The position numbers and the translations under genes are program-made. From the sequence record PZ386980.1: DNA of 64,000 bases. One strand, given 5' to 3'. The notes beneath the pieces are model-generated. The model saw only the letters and a program-made list of their open reading frames with translations, was not told where the DNA came from and did no database searches. The stretch comes from a phage. Positions 38,575 to 49,292 of this stretch are shown one piece after another; position 1 is the stretch's first letter; every line of letters starts with the position of its first letter.

Positions 38575-38604
38575 TGATAGAAAAATTATACCACAGTCAA
38601 GAGG
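38575..38604 (-). promoter_or_regulatory. early promoter (GTTTAC -35, TATAAT -10)
   Basis: 18-nt spacer, directly upstream of regB. Confidence 0.55.
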
Positions 38605-38616
38605 AAAAGTAAACAG

Positions 38617-38937
38617 TTATTCTTTAAATCTAATCAATTTATTCATAGACTTTGAAACTTCTGCACGAACCTCATGTAAGTTTTTAAGCTGTTCAAGACG
38701 CTGCGTATAGTAAGCAATTTCATCTTCTTCGAGACAGTCCTGTGAATCTTCTTTAAGATAACGCGCATAGTCCTGGAAAGCTTTACGGACTACTTCCTGG
38801 AAGTCATCAAGACTTTGAATTTTCTTAGGAGCGGCAGATACACGACGAGGTGCAGTATAATACTCATAACCAAACCCTGCGCTTAATTGAGCCATTAGTA
38901 TTTTTCCTCTGGTTGGAACACTGCGCGACAAGCCCAC
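38617..38937 (-). CDS. hypothetical protein
   Basis: 106-aa ORF. Confidence 0.5.
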   Translation of the reverse strand: MGLSRSVPTRGKILMAQLSAGFGYEYYTAPRRVSAAPKKIQSLDDFQEVVRKAFQDYARYLKEDSQDCLEEDEIAYYTQRLEQLKNLHEVRAEVSKSMNKLIRFKE

Positions 38938-39212
38938 ATACTAGCTTCTTTGAGTTTAGACTTGGCCTTTTGAATGCAGTCAATAGAATTCATAGCTTCA
39001 TCTAACTTAGAGTCTGACACTTCTTCATTTCCACCTAATGTGCTGTAGATTTCAATATACTCGTCTTCTAAAGCCTTTAAAATAAGTCCTAAACGAACTT
39101 CAGCGTCTTTGATAGCATTCACTTTACCGATTTTCTCTTCAGTATGCGGCTTATAACCTTTAATGTCTTCAATCATATTTGACTTCCTCACCAGTACATA
39201 AATCATATTCAA
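38895..39212 (-). CDS. hypothetical protein
   Basis: 105-aa ORF. Confidence 0.5.
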   Translation of the reverse strand: MNMIYVLVRKSNMIEDIKGYKPHTEEKIGKVNAIKDAEVRLGLILKALEDEYIEIYSTLGGNEEVSDSKLDEAMNSIDCIQKAKSKLKEASMWACRAVFQPEEKY

Positions 39213-39390
39213 CTAAACGAATAGGTTCATGAATGCCATATCCTTGAACAGAAATTTCTGTCGTAGGATAAATTCCATCAATATCACCCATATTCCAGGC
39301 TTCATTAAATTGCTGTTCGCCTGAATTACTAAACCACTCGGCGAAAGCATTTAGCACATCTTTAGAACCTTCAATAATTATCTTTGCCAT
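39169..39390 (-). CDS. hypothetical acidic protein
   Basis: 73-aa ORF. Confidence 0.45.
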   Translation of the reverse strand: MAKIIIEGSKDVLNAFAEWFSNSGEQQFNEAWNMGDIDGIYPTTEISVQGYGIHEPIRLVEYDLCTGEEVKYD

Positions 39391-39752
39391 TACAAACTCT
39401 CAGTAAAGGTACGAGCGATAACGTCGCGCTGCTGTTCCGGAGTCAGAGAGTTAAAGCGAACTGCATAACCGGATACACGGATGGTCAGCTGCGGATATTT
39501 TTCCGGATGCTTAACTGCATCTTCCAGAGTTTCACGACGCAGAACGTTAACGTTCAGGTGTTGACCACCTTCAATTTTAACTGTAGGTTGTGTTTCAATT
39601 TCAATTTCACGGGCATGCAAACCGTAGAAAATTTCTGGGTCTACAAAAGAGTCCTCTTTAAAGGTTTTAGAGACAATAATTCGTGCTTGAATACCATCTT
39701 CAAAATAAATAGTACCTTTATGTGTGCCTTCAAGAATTTGATATGCTTTCAT
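39390..39752 (-). CDS. autonomous glycyl-radical cofactor (GrcA/YfiD-like spare-part protein)
   Basis: 120 aa with glycyl-radical signature RVSGYAVRF near C-terminus. Confidence 0.7.
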   Translation of the reverse strand: MKAYQILEGTHKGTIYFEDGIQARIIVSKTFKEDSFVDPEIFYGLHAREIEIETQPTVKIEGGQHLNVNVLRRETLEDAVKHPEKYPQLTIRVSGYAVRFNSLTPEQQRDVIARTFTESL

Positions 39753-39759
39753 ATAAACC

Positions 39760-40089
39760 TCAATTAGAAAATAAATTTATCCAAGATTGTTCTTTAATTA
39801 AAAATGGCTCAGAATCATATGCCATTAAACTTTGGGTGATTAGTCCTTTAAAAGGTCCATCAATAAATTCCATGGTAAAATATGGAATTTTATTCATTAA
39901 CTGCGCGTTAGGAGCAGTGCACAAAACTCTGCATCCTTTGAATACGCCTTTTTGTAATTTGTATTGCTTGGGATAAAATTCGCTCAAAATGTTATTATTT
40001 GCCAAAATTTCAAAATGATTCACCAATTTATTTTTAATAGTTTTTGGCGAAAAATAAAGATATTCGAAAAGCTGTGTGTCTGTCATCAT
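39760..40089 (-). CDS. hypothetical protein
   Basis: 109-aa ORF. Confidence 0.5.
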   Translation of the reverse strand: MMTDTQLFEYLYFSPKTIKNKLVNHFEILANNNILSEFYPKQYKLQKGVFKGCRVLCTAPNAQLMNKIPYFTMEFIDGPFKGLITQSLMAYDSEPFLIKEQSWINLFSN

Positions 40090-40628
40090 TGCATTCCAAT
40101 CACAAAAAATTGAGGACGAACTGTTTCACCTGTTTCAGCATTATAGCTTCGACAACAGTGTTGTACCGTTTTAATATGGATATTGTAAATCTTATCCATA
40201 TCAGGAGCTTTAATAGGTTCGTCAATTATGTACAAGATACGAGAAAGCGATAACCCACGGAATTTATGACCTTCATTACCGATAAAACTACGGACAGAAT
40301 CAGTAAATAAACGGAATCGAATATCATCGCTAGAATAACGAGAAAATTCTTTTTCAATGTTGCCAGCAGAAATTTTAGCGTAAGCTGAAGTATTAGAAAG
40401 AACAATAACTGTTCCGCCATCATACAGCCAATTAGCAGCAAAGTTAGTCACAGCAATTGATTTACCGGATTGACGTCCACCATCTATACGAAGTGTGCAG
40501 TACTGTTTGAGCACATCTTCCATTGGTGGAAGATAATCATTCTTACAAATTTCTTCTACTCTAGCATCAGAATGGTGTGTAAAAGCATTCATCAGGGATA
40601 GATAAGGACCAGTTAAAAATGTTCTCAT
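40086..40628 (-). CDS. P-loop NTPase (start ambiguous: 40628 or 40676)
   Basis: Walker A GGRQSGKS and Walker B LYIIDEP. Confidence 0.55.
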   Translation of the reverse strand: MRTFLTGPYLSLMNAFTHHSDARVEEICKNDYLPPMEDVLKQYCTLRIDGGRQSGKSIAVTNFAANWLYDGGTVIVLSNTSAYAKISAGNIEKEFSRYSSDDIRFRLFTDSVRSFIGNEGHKFRGLSLSRILYIIDEPIKAPDMDKIYNIHIKTVQHCCRSYNAETGETVRPQFFVIGMQ

Positions 40629-40769
40629 TTTATTCTCTCTAAGTTTGGGCCATTCCGTGGCGCATGAATTGTCCATTTCTGTATTTACCCATTACCGCAC
40701 TTGGGCTCGACCTTATCACAGGTTGGCGGGAATCCCTCATAGAATCATGAGGTCCAGGTTGTTCCCATA

Positions 40770-41243
40770 TTATTTGAACGATTTAACGTACTGAATAGAA
40801 CCCTTACTATTCACAAAGGCAATTTTACCATTTTTATTATACATGGTAGCAGTACGCTGATAACCATAGGTTTGTTTACCAGATTGATAACCAACTAATG
40901 CAAAATTATCTTCACCCATTTTATTCTGTTTAGCGCGAATGCGTTCATGACCATGTGCCATAAGAACCTTAGCATCACCAGTTGCAATGGATCGACGAGT
41001 TTTTTCATCTTCAACTGCATTAACAAAGTCGTCAAATGAATCAAATTTAGCATGAGATTTATTATACAATTTTCCATCTACTGCATAATTATATCCCTGT
41101 ACATCCATCTCAACTTCTGTACCATCATCCAATACAGCAGTAATTTTTTGACCTTTTTTAAATTTCAAAAGATCAGTAAAAGATTCAGCAATAATTTGAG
41201 AATTAATAGCTGCTTCAGTGATAAATTCTTGATATGTTTTCAT
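40770..41243 (-). CDS. internal-protein-like head protein with capsid-targeting N-terminus
   Basis: N-terminus MKTYQEFITEA matches the T4 internal-protein targeting sequence and prohead-protease site (ITE/A). Confidence 0.65.
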   Translation of the reverse strand: MKTYQEFITEAAINSQIIAESFTDLLKFKKGQKITAVLDDGTEVEMDVQGYNYAVDGKLYNKSHAKFDSFDDFVNAVEDEKTRRSIATGDAKVLMAHGHERIRAKQNKMGEDNFALVGYQSGKQTYGYQRTATMYNKNGKIAFVNSKGSIQYVKSFK

Positions 41244-41252
41244 GGGTTTCCT

Positions 41253-41669
41253 TTAAATGTAAATATTTTTACCGTAATACTTATACCAATGTGGTTTCAT
41301 TAAAATTTTTTCATCAAGTCGTTGTTGACTCAATTTAATAGCTGATTTGCATGGATTATAATCATTTTTCCATTCTATTGGAATATCGCTGATGTCAGGA
41401 ACTTCAGTATCTTTTATACTGAACCCGCGTTTTAAGCATTCCGTTATAATGTCTAATTGACGCTTTCGCAAAAATTCTAACTTATCGTAAAAGAACGTAA
41501 CATGACCAGAACCTAAAATAAACTCGGAAGATATTTTAAAATCTTTAACGCGCTTACCGTTTGCCACATGCTTACGAACTATACCAAAAACACGCGGCAA
41601 TTCACGGTATTCTGCGATTAAATGTTGATCAGCAAGTTCAGATACTAAAGTCAAATTAATACGAGTCAT
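41253..41669 (-). CDS. denV: endonuclease V (pyrimidine-dimer DNA glycosylase)
   Basis: 138 aa, [29 protein letters not shown]. Confidence 0.9.
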   Translation of the reverse strand: MTRINLTLVSELADQHLIAEYRELPRVFGIVRKHVANGKRVKDFKISSEFILGSGHVTFFYDKLEFLRKRQLDIITECLKRGFSIKDTEVPDISDIPIEWKNDYNPCKSAIKLSQQRLDEKILMKPHWYKYYGKNIYI

Positions 41670-41694
41670 TTTATCCCTCCAAGTAACTGTGAAT

Positions 41695-41724
41695 ATACTA
41701 TCACAATTCTAGGAGAAAGTAAAC
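41695..41724 (-). promoter_or_regulatory. early promoter (GTTTAC -35, TAGTAT -10)
   Basis: 18-nt spacer, upstream of denV. Confidence 0.45.
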
Positions 41725-41728
41725 AACT

Positions 41729-42697
<969 letters not shown>

Positions 42698-42716
<19 letters not shown>

Positions 42717-43186
42717 TCAGTGATAAAGTTATTTAAATTTTGAGTATATTTCTTTTCATCAAAAATCTTTTGTTGTCTGCGTAGCCGCCATGGCATTTCA
42801 ATGAACGTGTACCATATCCCAGATAATATTGCTGCAGTAAAAATATTAACAAGTATGGTTAAAAGAATCCAATCTCCTATTCTGTCCATTGGATTTTTTA
42901 TAAAAAAGTAAAATACGAATGATGTCACAGGAAGACTAATAATATACCACAGAATCATAATTTTATCTGTGAACCAATCAGCGTTCGTTAACTTAGCGCG
43001 ACCATTATGAATACACACGAATTTATCATCTGTTATAATAGATGGCTTAGCTGCTTGATATCCCATTCTAAACTCCCTAATCAACAAATTTTTCATATCT
43101 TCGGAACAACCATTCCAGTCAACTCTATCAACTGAAATGCCATCATCCCCATCATCTAAATCATACCAGCGAGTTTTTAAAATCAT
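42698..43186 (-). CDS. membrane protein (member of tandem trio)
   Basis: 162 aa, two hydrophobic helices, C-terminal ...ECRKLK. Confidence 0.5.
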
Positions 43187-43557
43187 TTAATTTTCCTACA
43201 ATCACTCACAAACTCTTCCATTGATTCTTTTTCAATATAAGACATGTAGCTATTATATTCCTTTAATTGTATTTTGTAATCTTTTTTTCTTTGCCAATTT
43301 ATTTTAAAATTATCATAATGAAAATATAACATGGTACCAAAGAATGAAAATAATGAAATCGCTATAGTATAATGAAGTTCACTCCAAACTTCTATTATAT
43401 CTATTATACCGCTGACGTTACTACGGATGTTTAAAATAAGACAGTCAATTAACAATCCAAAAAGACTACCCGCAAGAGCTGCAGCCAACGCTACAGCAAA
43501 AATTAAAAATGACTCAGGAAGAGAATATTTGACTTTATTTAGTTTTGGCTTTTGCAT
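43183..43557 (-). CDS. membrane protein (member of tandem trio)
   Basis: 124 aa, hydrophobic helices, C-terminal ...DCRKIK. Confidence 0.5.
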   Translation of the reverse strand: MQKPKLNKVKYSLPESFLIFAVALAAALAGSLFGLLIDCLILNIRSNVSGIIDIIEVWSELHYTIAISLFSFFGTMLYFHYDNFKINWQRKKDYKIQLKEYNSYMSYIEKESMEEFVSDCRKIK

Positions 43558-43952
43558 CGCGATTCCTTAACAAATTTCATAATTTCATCAAATTCATGCG
43601 CAGCAAGTTTAAGCTGATGTTCCTTTTTAATCTTTTTACACTGAGCTTTCCAATCACGTACACGTTTACGATAGTGTCTTCCTTGATACCAATATCCTAT
43701 CCAATTTATAGGTACTAATAAAAGCGGAACTACCAACGGAAGAATTAGTGTTGCTCCAAATATTGCACCAGATTCAATATCAGTCATAACGTCTATAACC
43801 ATTCCAGCAATCACCAGAATCACAAATGATACAACTACCACAGGACCTATTAACACATCAGTAGAAATTATCTGACGCTTTAATTCATACTTCAACGGTT
43901 TACTTGGAAGGTATAGTGATGGTTTTGACATATTCTCTACATTCCTTAACAA
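43539..43952 (-). CDS. membrane protein (member of tandem trio)
   Basis: 137 aa, hydrophobic helices, C-terminal ...ESRCKSQN. Confidence 0.5.
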   Translation of the reverse strand: MLRNVENMSKPSLYLPSKPLKYELKRQIISTDVLIGPVVVVSFVILVIAGMVIDVMTDIESGAIFGATLILPLVVPLLLVPINWIGYWYQGRHYRKRVRDWKAQCKKIKKEHQLKLAAHEFDEIMKFVKESRCKSQN

Positions 43953-44508
43953 ATTTTTCTAATAATAAATCGCTTTCAAAATTGGGATTTTCTACGAATT
44001 TATCAAAAAGATCATCGACAATAGTTAAGATATTCTTTTTACTAAGAATACGTTTATTTTCATATTTTGTTTCAGAGTCAACTATAAGAGTAAAGAAATA
44101 TTTCTTGCCCTGAAATTTTACAGTAGTATCAATATAGAATAAATTTGACTTTTGTAAATTACGTTTAAACCATGCATCACTTAAACTATAAACGCCAAGA
44201 TAATCATAATCGTCGTTTAAATAACAGACCGTCCATTCAGGAGAAACAAAATCAGTAAATTCAACGTCAAAATCGCATGTTAATAAATGAATTGATTCAA
44301 TACTGTTAATAAGTATTCCAGGACGTATTAAAGACTTTTTACCTCTAAAAAATCTTCCAGAAAGACTTTCAACAGTTTCATATGAAGAACCCCAATAATA
44401 ATTACGTCCTTCTGCCATACGTTTAAGAGCATTTAATAATTGGTCTGGAACATCAACCTGTCTTTGGAACTCTTCAAACATTGAATTGAAATCACTTTGC
44501 ATTTTCAT
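43900..44508 (-). CDS. hypothetical protein (start may be internal)
   Basis: 202-aa ORF. Confidence 0.5.
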   Translation of the reverse strand: MKMQSDFNSMFEEFQRQVDVPDQLLNALKRMAEGRNYYWGSSYETVESLSGRFFRGKKSLIRPGILINSIESIHLLTCDFDVEFTDFVSPEWTVCYLNDDYDYLGVYSLSDAWFKRNLQKSNLFYIDTTVKFQGKKYFFTLIVDSETKYENKRILSKKNILTIVDDLFDKFVENPNFESDLLLEKFVKECREYVKTITIPSK

Positions 44509-44528
44509 TCCTACTTACTCCAAGTAAT

Positions 44529-44544
44529 AGGGGCCGAAGCCCCT
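44529..44544 (-). terminator. tetraloop hairpin AGGGGC-cgaa-GCCCCT
   Basis: Perfect stem, weak U tail. Confidence 0.4.
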
Positions 44545-44549
44545 TATCA

Positions 44550-45143
44550 TTATTTCAGAGAATTAATATATTCCTGAACATCGGCAGAGGTAGTTTCAAC
44601 CCCAGAAATATTACCATTAAAGGTTTCAACTCGAGCAAGAGTATCTTCAATATCAACCTTAGTCAGTGCTGCAATTTCAACTACATCATCAGCAGTACTA
44701 ATTCCAAGGGCATTCGCGGCGCGAGTTTCACGGATATATTCCAATTTAACTGCAAGTTCTTGGCGAGCATCATCTAACTCAACTACTTTCTTGGCAATTT
44801 CAATTCGCATTTCAGCATAACCATCAGCTTTAGTAGTCAACTGCTCAGCTGTTCGACGATATAGTAAACCAAGTTTAGCATGCATTGTTACATCTTGACC
44901 TTCCGAAAGGAGCTTGCGAATTTCACGCTCTTTTGATTCGGCCTGCTTATTCTTTTCGACAATAAGTTCACGAATACGCTTTTCTTCATTAATAGATTTA
45001 ACAGAAGCAGTTTTTAGATCTTTAATTTTATCAAGCAATTTTGCTGCTGCGGCAGTATACTGCTCTTCAACAGATAGATTTTTAGCCATAGCAGAACCAA
45101 GTTTAGTGCGAATAAACTCAACAATTTTCTTCAGTGTGTTCAT
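44550..45143 (-). CDS. coiled-coil protein
   Basis: 197 aa predominantly helical heptad-repeat sequence. Confidence 0.5.
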
Positions 45144-45186
45144 AGTATTTCCTTAGGTTGATTAGAAATTAAAATCTGCAGAAGAA

Positions 45187-45720
45187 TTATATCATGCTAC
45201 TTAAGAGATGTAAACTATTTTTAATTTTACAAATTCGTTCAGCTTCTTCAACAGCGGCAGTGATAATGCTTTTAGCTATAGGAGTACTAATATTAGTAGC
45301 TTTTACACTTAACACGATTTCTTTATCTTTACCAGGCCAACCCCACGATTTTTCACCATGAGTGCCTTTAATTACAGCAGACACCTCAAGTGAGCATCCA
45401 TTATCGCATGTTTTTACATTAACAACCCAAGTGTCACTTTTCTCAACCGGTTTATCCCAGTAAATATTAAGAATACGTGGGACATCAAATTTAGCAGGGC
45501 AAATCTTAACCGTAAGACCTTCGCTTTCTAGCCAATTAATAAGAGGGCGTTCATACATGCGGCGATGTGGGCTTTGAACTCGACAAGCTTTGTACCCATT
45601 GCTTGCGGCTTCACTAAGCTCTTCTAATACATGCTTTTGCATTATTGATAAGATACCATCAAAAGATTTTTCGGAAGTTTCATTCAGTTCGGTATAAAGA
45701 GACATAACAGTTTTCCTCAA
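45187..45720 (-). CDS. hypothetical protein
   Basis: 177-aa ORF. Confidence 0.5.
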   Translation of the reverse strand: MRKTVMSLYTELNETSEKSFDGILSIMQKHVLEELSEAASNGYKACRVQSPHRRMYERPLINWLESEGLTVKICPAKFDVPRILNIYWDKPVEKSDTWVVNVKTCDNGCSLEVSAVIKGTHGEKSWGWPGKDKEIVLSVKATNISTPIAKSIITAAVEEAERICKIKNSLHLLSSMI

Positions 45721-45761
45721 ATTATAGGCTCATAATATCTCAATCATGAGCCTATGTAAAC

Positions 45762-46037
45762 TTATTTCATATTATTGAAATATTCTTCTGCGATTTCGTC
45801 GTTATCATGGTAAACTTTAGAAGACAGTTTAACATAACCTTCAGCAGTGAACATGTTAATCACAACCTTTACAGTATACCACTGACCATCTTCATTACCC
45901 ATTACTGCGTAAGTTTCAAACATCGGATGATCAGGACCGATAACTTTAATATCATTCACTGTACGACCAAAATCTTCTGAAACACATTTCATAAAGAAGT
46001 TGAACAGTTCACCGTAATTATCCATTTCATTCTCCAA
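45762..46037 (-). CDS. hypothetical protein
   Basis: 91-aa ORF directly downstream of early promoter. Confidence 0.5.
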   Translation of the reverse strand: MENEMDNYGELFNFFMKCVSEDFGRTVNDIKVIGPDHPMFETYAVMGNEDGQWYTVKVVINMFTAEGYVKLSSKVYHDNDEIAEEYFNNMK

Positions 46038-46068
46038 GTTGTTTTCTGTATCAGTAGTTGATAGTTGT

Positions 46069-46098
46069 ATAGTACCATAGAAGAACAGGGATGTAAAC
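46069..46098 (-). promoter_or_regulatory. early promoter (GTTTAC -35, TACTAT -10)
   Basis: Member of dispersed promoter repeat. Confidence 0.6.
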
Positions 46099-46229
46099 AG
46101 TTTTGTGAAAAAATTTTTAAAAAGTTTTGGGGAATTCTAGGGCAGGGAGGGGAAATCAAAGGATAGGATAATATATTATAAAGGGTAGAAACTAAATGAT
46201 GTCTAGAGAGGCCTGGAAAGGCCTAGATA

Positions 46230-46262
46230 CCAAAAAGCCCCAACCTTTCGGCTAGGGCTAAG
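46230..46262 (-). terminator. hairpin terminator, copy A of 33-bp repeat
   Basis: CCAAAAAGCCCCAACCTTTCGG..GGGCTAAG; on minus strand forms GNRA-type hairpin followed by UUUUU. Confidence 0.5.
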
Positions 46263-46266
46263 AATG

Positions 46267-46740
46267 TTATTTGATTTGTTTAGCAGACCAAATGCGGTCT
46301 TTAATAATTTTTTGAATGTCTTCAACATACTCAAGAGAGTGAGCATGTGGGTTATCTTTGAAACTATAAGCACGAGCTAGTTTTTGGCCTTCAGTTTTGA
46401 TTACTAAAAGCTCTTTAAGGATAGCTTCATATTTGGAGATAATTCCTTTAACAATATTTTTCTCTTGTGCGACTTTAGGATCTGCTTTAGGAGCAGGTTT
46501 ACCCGAAGCCTTTGCAAAAGCAGCGCCAGTAGCAACTAAACTTTTCCAGGCCATACTAACTGCATTTCCCGTAAATCCTTCCGCTTTCATGTCGCGTGCG
46601 AACTGGAATCGCGATTCATCAGAAGCATCTTTGTAAGAATATTTACCCGCTGCAATGGCTGCTTTTGCGACAGCTTGAATTTCGGTGCTAGATGCTTCAT
46701 TTAACACCGCTTCATTTAAAAATTGAGTATATGATTTCAT
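46267..46740 (-). CDS. internal-protein-like protein with capsid-targeting N-terminus
   Basis: N-terminus MKSYTQFLNEA resembles IP targeting sequence; late promoter upstream. Confidence 0.55.
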   Translation of the reverse strand: MKSYTQFLNEAVLNEASSTEIQAVAKAAIAAGKYSYKDASDESRFQFARDMKAEGFTGNAVSMAWKSLVATGAAFAKASGKPAPKADPKVAQEKNIVKGIISKYEAILKELLVIKTEGQKLARAYSFKDNPHAHSLEYVEDIQKIIKDRIWSAKQIK

Positions 46741-46780
46741 CTTATTTCCTGTTTTAATTCGTGGATTTAATATACTACTA

Positions 46781-46788
46781 TATTTATA
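46781..46788 (-). promoter_or_regulatory. late promoter TATAAATA (minus strand)
   Basis: TATTTATA on plus strand about 40 nt upstream of ATG at 46740. Confidence 0.5.
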
Positions 46789-46821
46789 CCAAAAAGCCCC
46801 AACCTTTCGGTCGGGGCTAAG
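46789..46821 (-). terminator. hairpin terminator, copy B of 33-bp repeat
   Basis: 30 of 33 nt identical to copy A; AGCCCCGACC-GAAA-GGTTGGGGCT plus UUUUU on minus strand. Confidence 0.55.
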
Positions 46822-46829
46822 CCTTGCGG

Positions 46830-47128
46830 CAACCTTGTCGGGGTTCCACCTGCTAAGGCAAGTGTTTGTACGAAACGCCGGGATTCGAACCCGGTTATCA
46901 AGCAGTTGACGCTACTCAATATTTTTAAAAGGCCATATCTCGACCATATCCGAACGTTCCGTCAAAAACGCTACTCGGCTTACGGCAAAGATATTTCCTC
47001 GAATCGATAATTCGGTGCGCCGTTTCTGCTGTGATATAAGGGGCATTAACAAAACATAAAGATTTATTAATGCCAGTCCTTAAACAGGGAACATCAGTCC
47101 GACGACTTACCGGTAGCGACCCGGTTTC
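46830..47128 (-). ncRNA. candidate stable small RNA region adjacent to tRNA cluster
   Basis: About 300 bp without ORF on the coding strand, contains tRNA-like T-arm (GGTTCGAATCC) and long hairpins; position matches where I recall T4 small stable RNAs. Confidence 0.3.
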
Positions 47129-47574
<446 letters not shown>

Positions 47575-47578
47575 TATT

Positions 47579-47653
47579 TGGCGGACATGCATGGATTCGA
47601 ACCATGGACCAATTGATTAACAGTCAACTGCTCTACCACTGAGCTACACATCC
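47579..47653 (-). tRNA. tRNA-Asn (anticodon GUU), CCA encoded
   Basis: Hand-folded: acceptor GGATGTG/CATGTCC, D-arm GCTCAGTGGTAGAGC, anticodon loop CUGUUAA, T-loop TTCGAAT. Confidence 0.7.
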
Positions 47654-47657
47654 AAAT

Positions 47658-47744
47658 TGGTGGGGAGTGATGGAGTCGAACCACCCGAGTCGCAATGACA
47701 ATGAATTTACAGTCCACACCGCTACCTCTACGGGATAACTCCCC
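47658..47744 (-). tRNA. tRNA-Tyr (anticodon GUA), long variable arm, CCA encoded
   Basis: 87 nt; perfect acceptor GGGGAGT/ACTCCCC; anticodon loop CUGUAAA closed by a stem with two G-U pairs. Confidence 0.6.
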
Positions 47745-47756
47745 TAATTCATAATT

Positions 47757-47831
47757 TGGTGGCCCTGGGTGGAATTGAACCACCATCTGGCGATTATGAG
47801 TCGCTTGCTTGAACCTTCCAGCTACAGGGCC
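47757..47831 (-). tRNA. tRNA with CAU anticodon (Met or lysidine-modified Ile), CCA encoded
   Basis: Acceptor GGCCCTG/CAGGGCC, anticodon loop CUCAUAA, T-loop TTCAATT. Confidence 0.7.
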
Positions 47832-47832
47832 T

Positions 47833-47908
47833 TGGTGCTGATTGACGGAATCGAACCGCCGACCTTCTCATTACAAGTGAGTTGCTCTACCTACTGAGCT
47901 AAATCAGC
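47833..47908 (-). tRNA. tRNA-Thr (anticodon UGU), CCA encoded
   Basis: Acceptor GCTGATT/AATCAGC, anticodon loop CUUGUAA, T-loop TTCGATT. Confidence 0.8.
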
Positions 47909-47913
47909 AAAAC

Positions 47914-48003
47914 TGGCGGAGGTGATAGGATTCGAACCTATGAATCGCCGGAGCGACTGCCGGTTTTCAAGACCGGTGCATTCAACCACTCTGCCACACC
48001 TCC
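47914..48003 (-). tRNA. tRNA-Ser (anticodon UGA), long variable arm, CCA encoded
   Basis: 90 nt; acceptor GGAGGTG/CACCTCC, anticodon loop CUUGAAA, T-loop TTCGAAT. Confidence 0.85.
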
Positions 48004-48009
48004 AAATAT

Positions 48010-48660
48010 TTATATATTGTTAATTTGATTTAGAATTCTTTTTGCTTGAGTATGACTTACGCCAATATGCTTAGCATATTTAGATAATTCACCACGCTTA
48101 GAAAAATCATATAATTTAGAAATTTCTATTCTTCTTTTTCTTTCATCCGCAGAAACTTTTGCTTCGTTTGCTTTTGCTATTTTACGTTTAGCTTCTTGAG
48201 AATGAGTTTTACCAGCAAAGCCATTCTTCATTAATCCATTTGAAGACCATCCTTTTAATTTTCCGTTAGAATGTGCCTTTTTAACACCCAATGAAATTAA
48301 TTCGCGCTGCTGATCTGTCATAGGATAATTATTTATATGATCCCATCCACCTTCACCGCCAAGTTTTAAATTATACACATCTGGTCTATTTAAAAACTCT
48401 TCTGTAACAATATTTTTCTCGGCTTCAAGCATAGATTCTTTATCATCAAAATACTCTAATATTTCTTTAGAAAAATTTTCTATACCATATTTATCTTGGG
48501 CTCTTTTTAATAATTTACCAGAACCCATATATCCATCATCTAAATTTTCGGTAGAATGCACACCAATATAAATTTTATTATTAATTTTATTTGTTATTTT
48601 ATAAAGATAAAAATGCATATCAGTCCCTAATAAAGAACTGAGCGTCTCACGACGAGTCAT
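48010..48660 (-). CDS. segB: GIY-YIG homing endonuclease (SegB-like) embedded in tRNA cluster
   Basis: 216 aa; FYLYKITNKINNKIYIGVHS...GYMGSG GIY-YIG motif; basic C-terminal tail; ATG 5 nt downstream of tRNA-Gly. Confidence 0.75.
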   Translation of the reverse strand: MTRRETLSSLLGTDMHFYLYKITNKINNKIYIGVHSTENLDDGYMGSGKLLKRAQDKYGIENFSKEILEYFDDKESMLEAEKNIVTEEFLNRPDVYNLKLGGEGGWDHINNYPMTDQQRELISLGVKKAHSNGKLKGWSSNGLMKNGFAGKTHSQEAKRKIAKANEAKVSADERKRRIEISKLYDFSKRGELSKYAKHIGVSHTQAKRILNQINNI

Positions 48661-48664
48661 AAAT

Positions 48665-48738
<74 letters not shown>

Positions 48739-48743
48739 AAATT

Positions 48744-48830
48744 TGGTGCGAGAAGTGGGACTCGAACCCACAAGGAAATCATTCCGCAGCATTTTAAGTG
48801 CTGTGCCTTTACCAATTTGACCATTCTCGC
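48744..48830 (-). tRNA. tRNA-Leu (anticodon UAA), long variable arm, CCA encoded
   Basis: 87 nt; GCGAGAATGGTCAAATTGGTAAAGGCACAGCACTTAAAATGCTG..., as I recall T4 tRNA-Leu. Confidence 0.85.
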
Positions 48831-48831
48831 G

Positions 48832-48904
48832 CTGGGAATAAAGGACTCGAACCTTTGCATCCTGGAATCAAAATCCAGTGCCTTACCAACTTGGCTAATT
48901 CCCA
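48832..48904 (-). tRNA. tRNA-Gln (anticodon UUG), CCA not encoded
   Basis: Acceptor TGGGAAT/ATTCCCA, anticodon loop UUUUGAU, T-loop TTCGAGT. Confidence 0.75.
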
Positions 48905-49001
48905 ATTATTAACAAAGGCTCTCAAGCAAGAACCCTTGATGATAGAGGGTATTAATCAGTGCGGTATGAGTTAATAATAACAAATAATTCTTAAAGCATA
49001 T

Positions 49002-49289
49002 TTACCATTTATGATAATACATATTTACGATGCACTCAAGACCCAAAGGATTCTTGAAAATATCATATTCAAGAGGACCTTTTTCTGTTTCAATAAAGAA
49101 ATCAAAATTTACTGTATTAAATTTATGGTCTTCCTTCACTAATTTAACTTGAGAAGATGAACGGTCAATGTAAACTTTTTCAACTTCAAAACATGTTAAA
49201 ATACCATAATCATCAATCAAGGCTTTAGCTGCTTCTTGATCATATTTATATCCATTTTCAATGGATGATACTTTTGCATAAAGAATCAT
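49002..49289 (-). CDS. hypothetical protein
   Basis: 95-aa ORF. Confidence 0.5.
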   Translation of the reverse strand: MILYAKVSSIENGYKYDQEAAKALIDDYGILTCFEVEKVYIDRSSSQVKLVKEDHKFNTVNFDFFIETEKGPLEYDIFKNPLGLECIVNMYYHKW

Positions 49290-49292
49290 TAT

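Noticed and set aside
38617-40089. Assigning one of the small ORFs between regB and denV as the anti-CBASS sponge Acb2 (T4 vs.4)
   Set aside because: I cannot recall the Acb2 sequence well enough to match it to a specific ORF here; left as hypothetical proteins.
44550-45143. Possible PspA/IM30-like protein
   Set aside because: The protein is a long coiled coil, but I could not identify PspA-specific motifs by eye; the resemblance may be generic coiled-coil composition, so it is called only as a coiled-coil protein.
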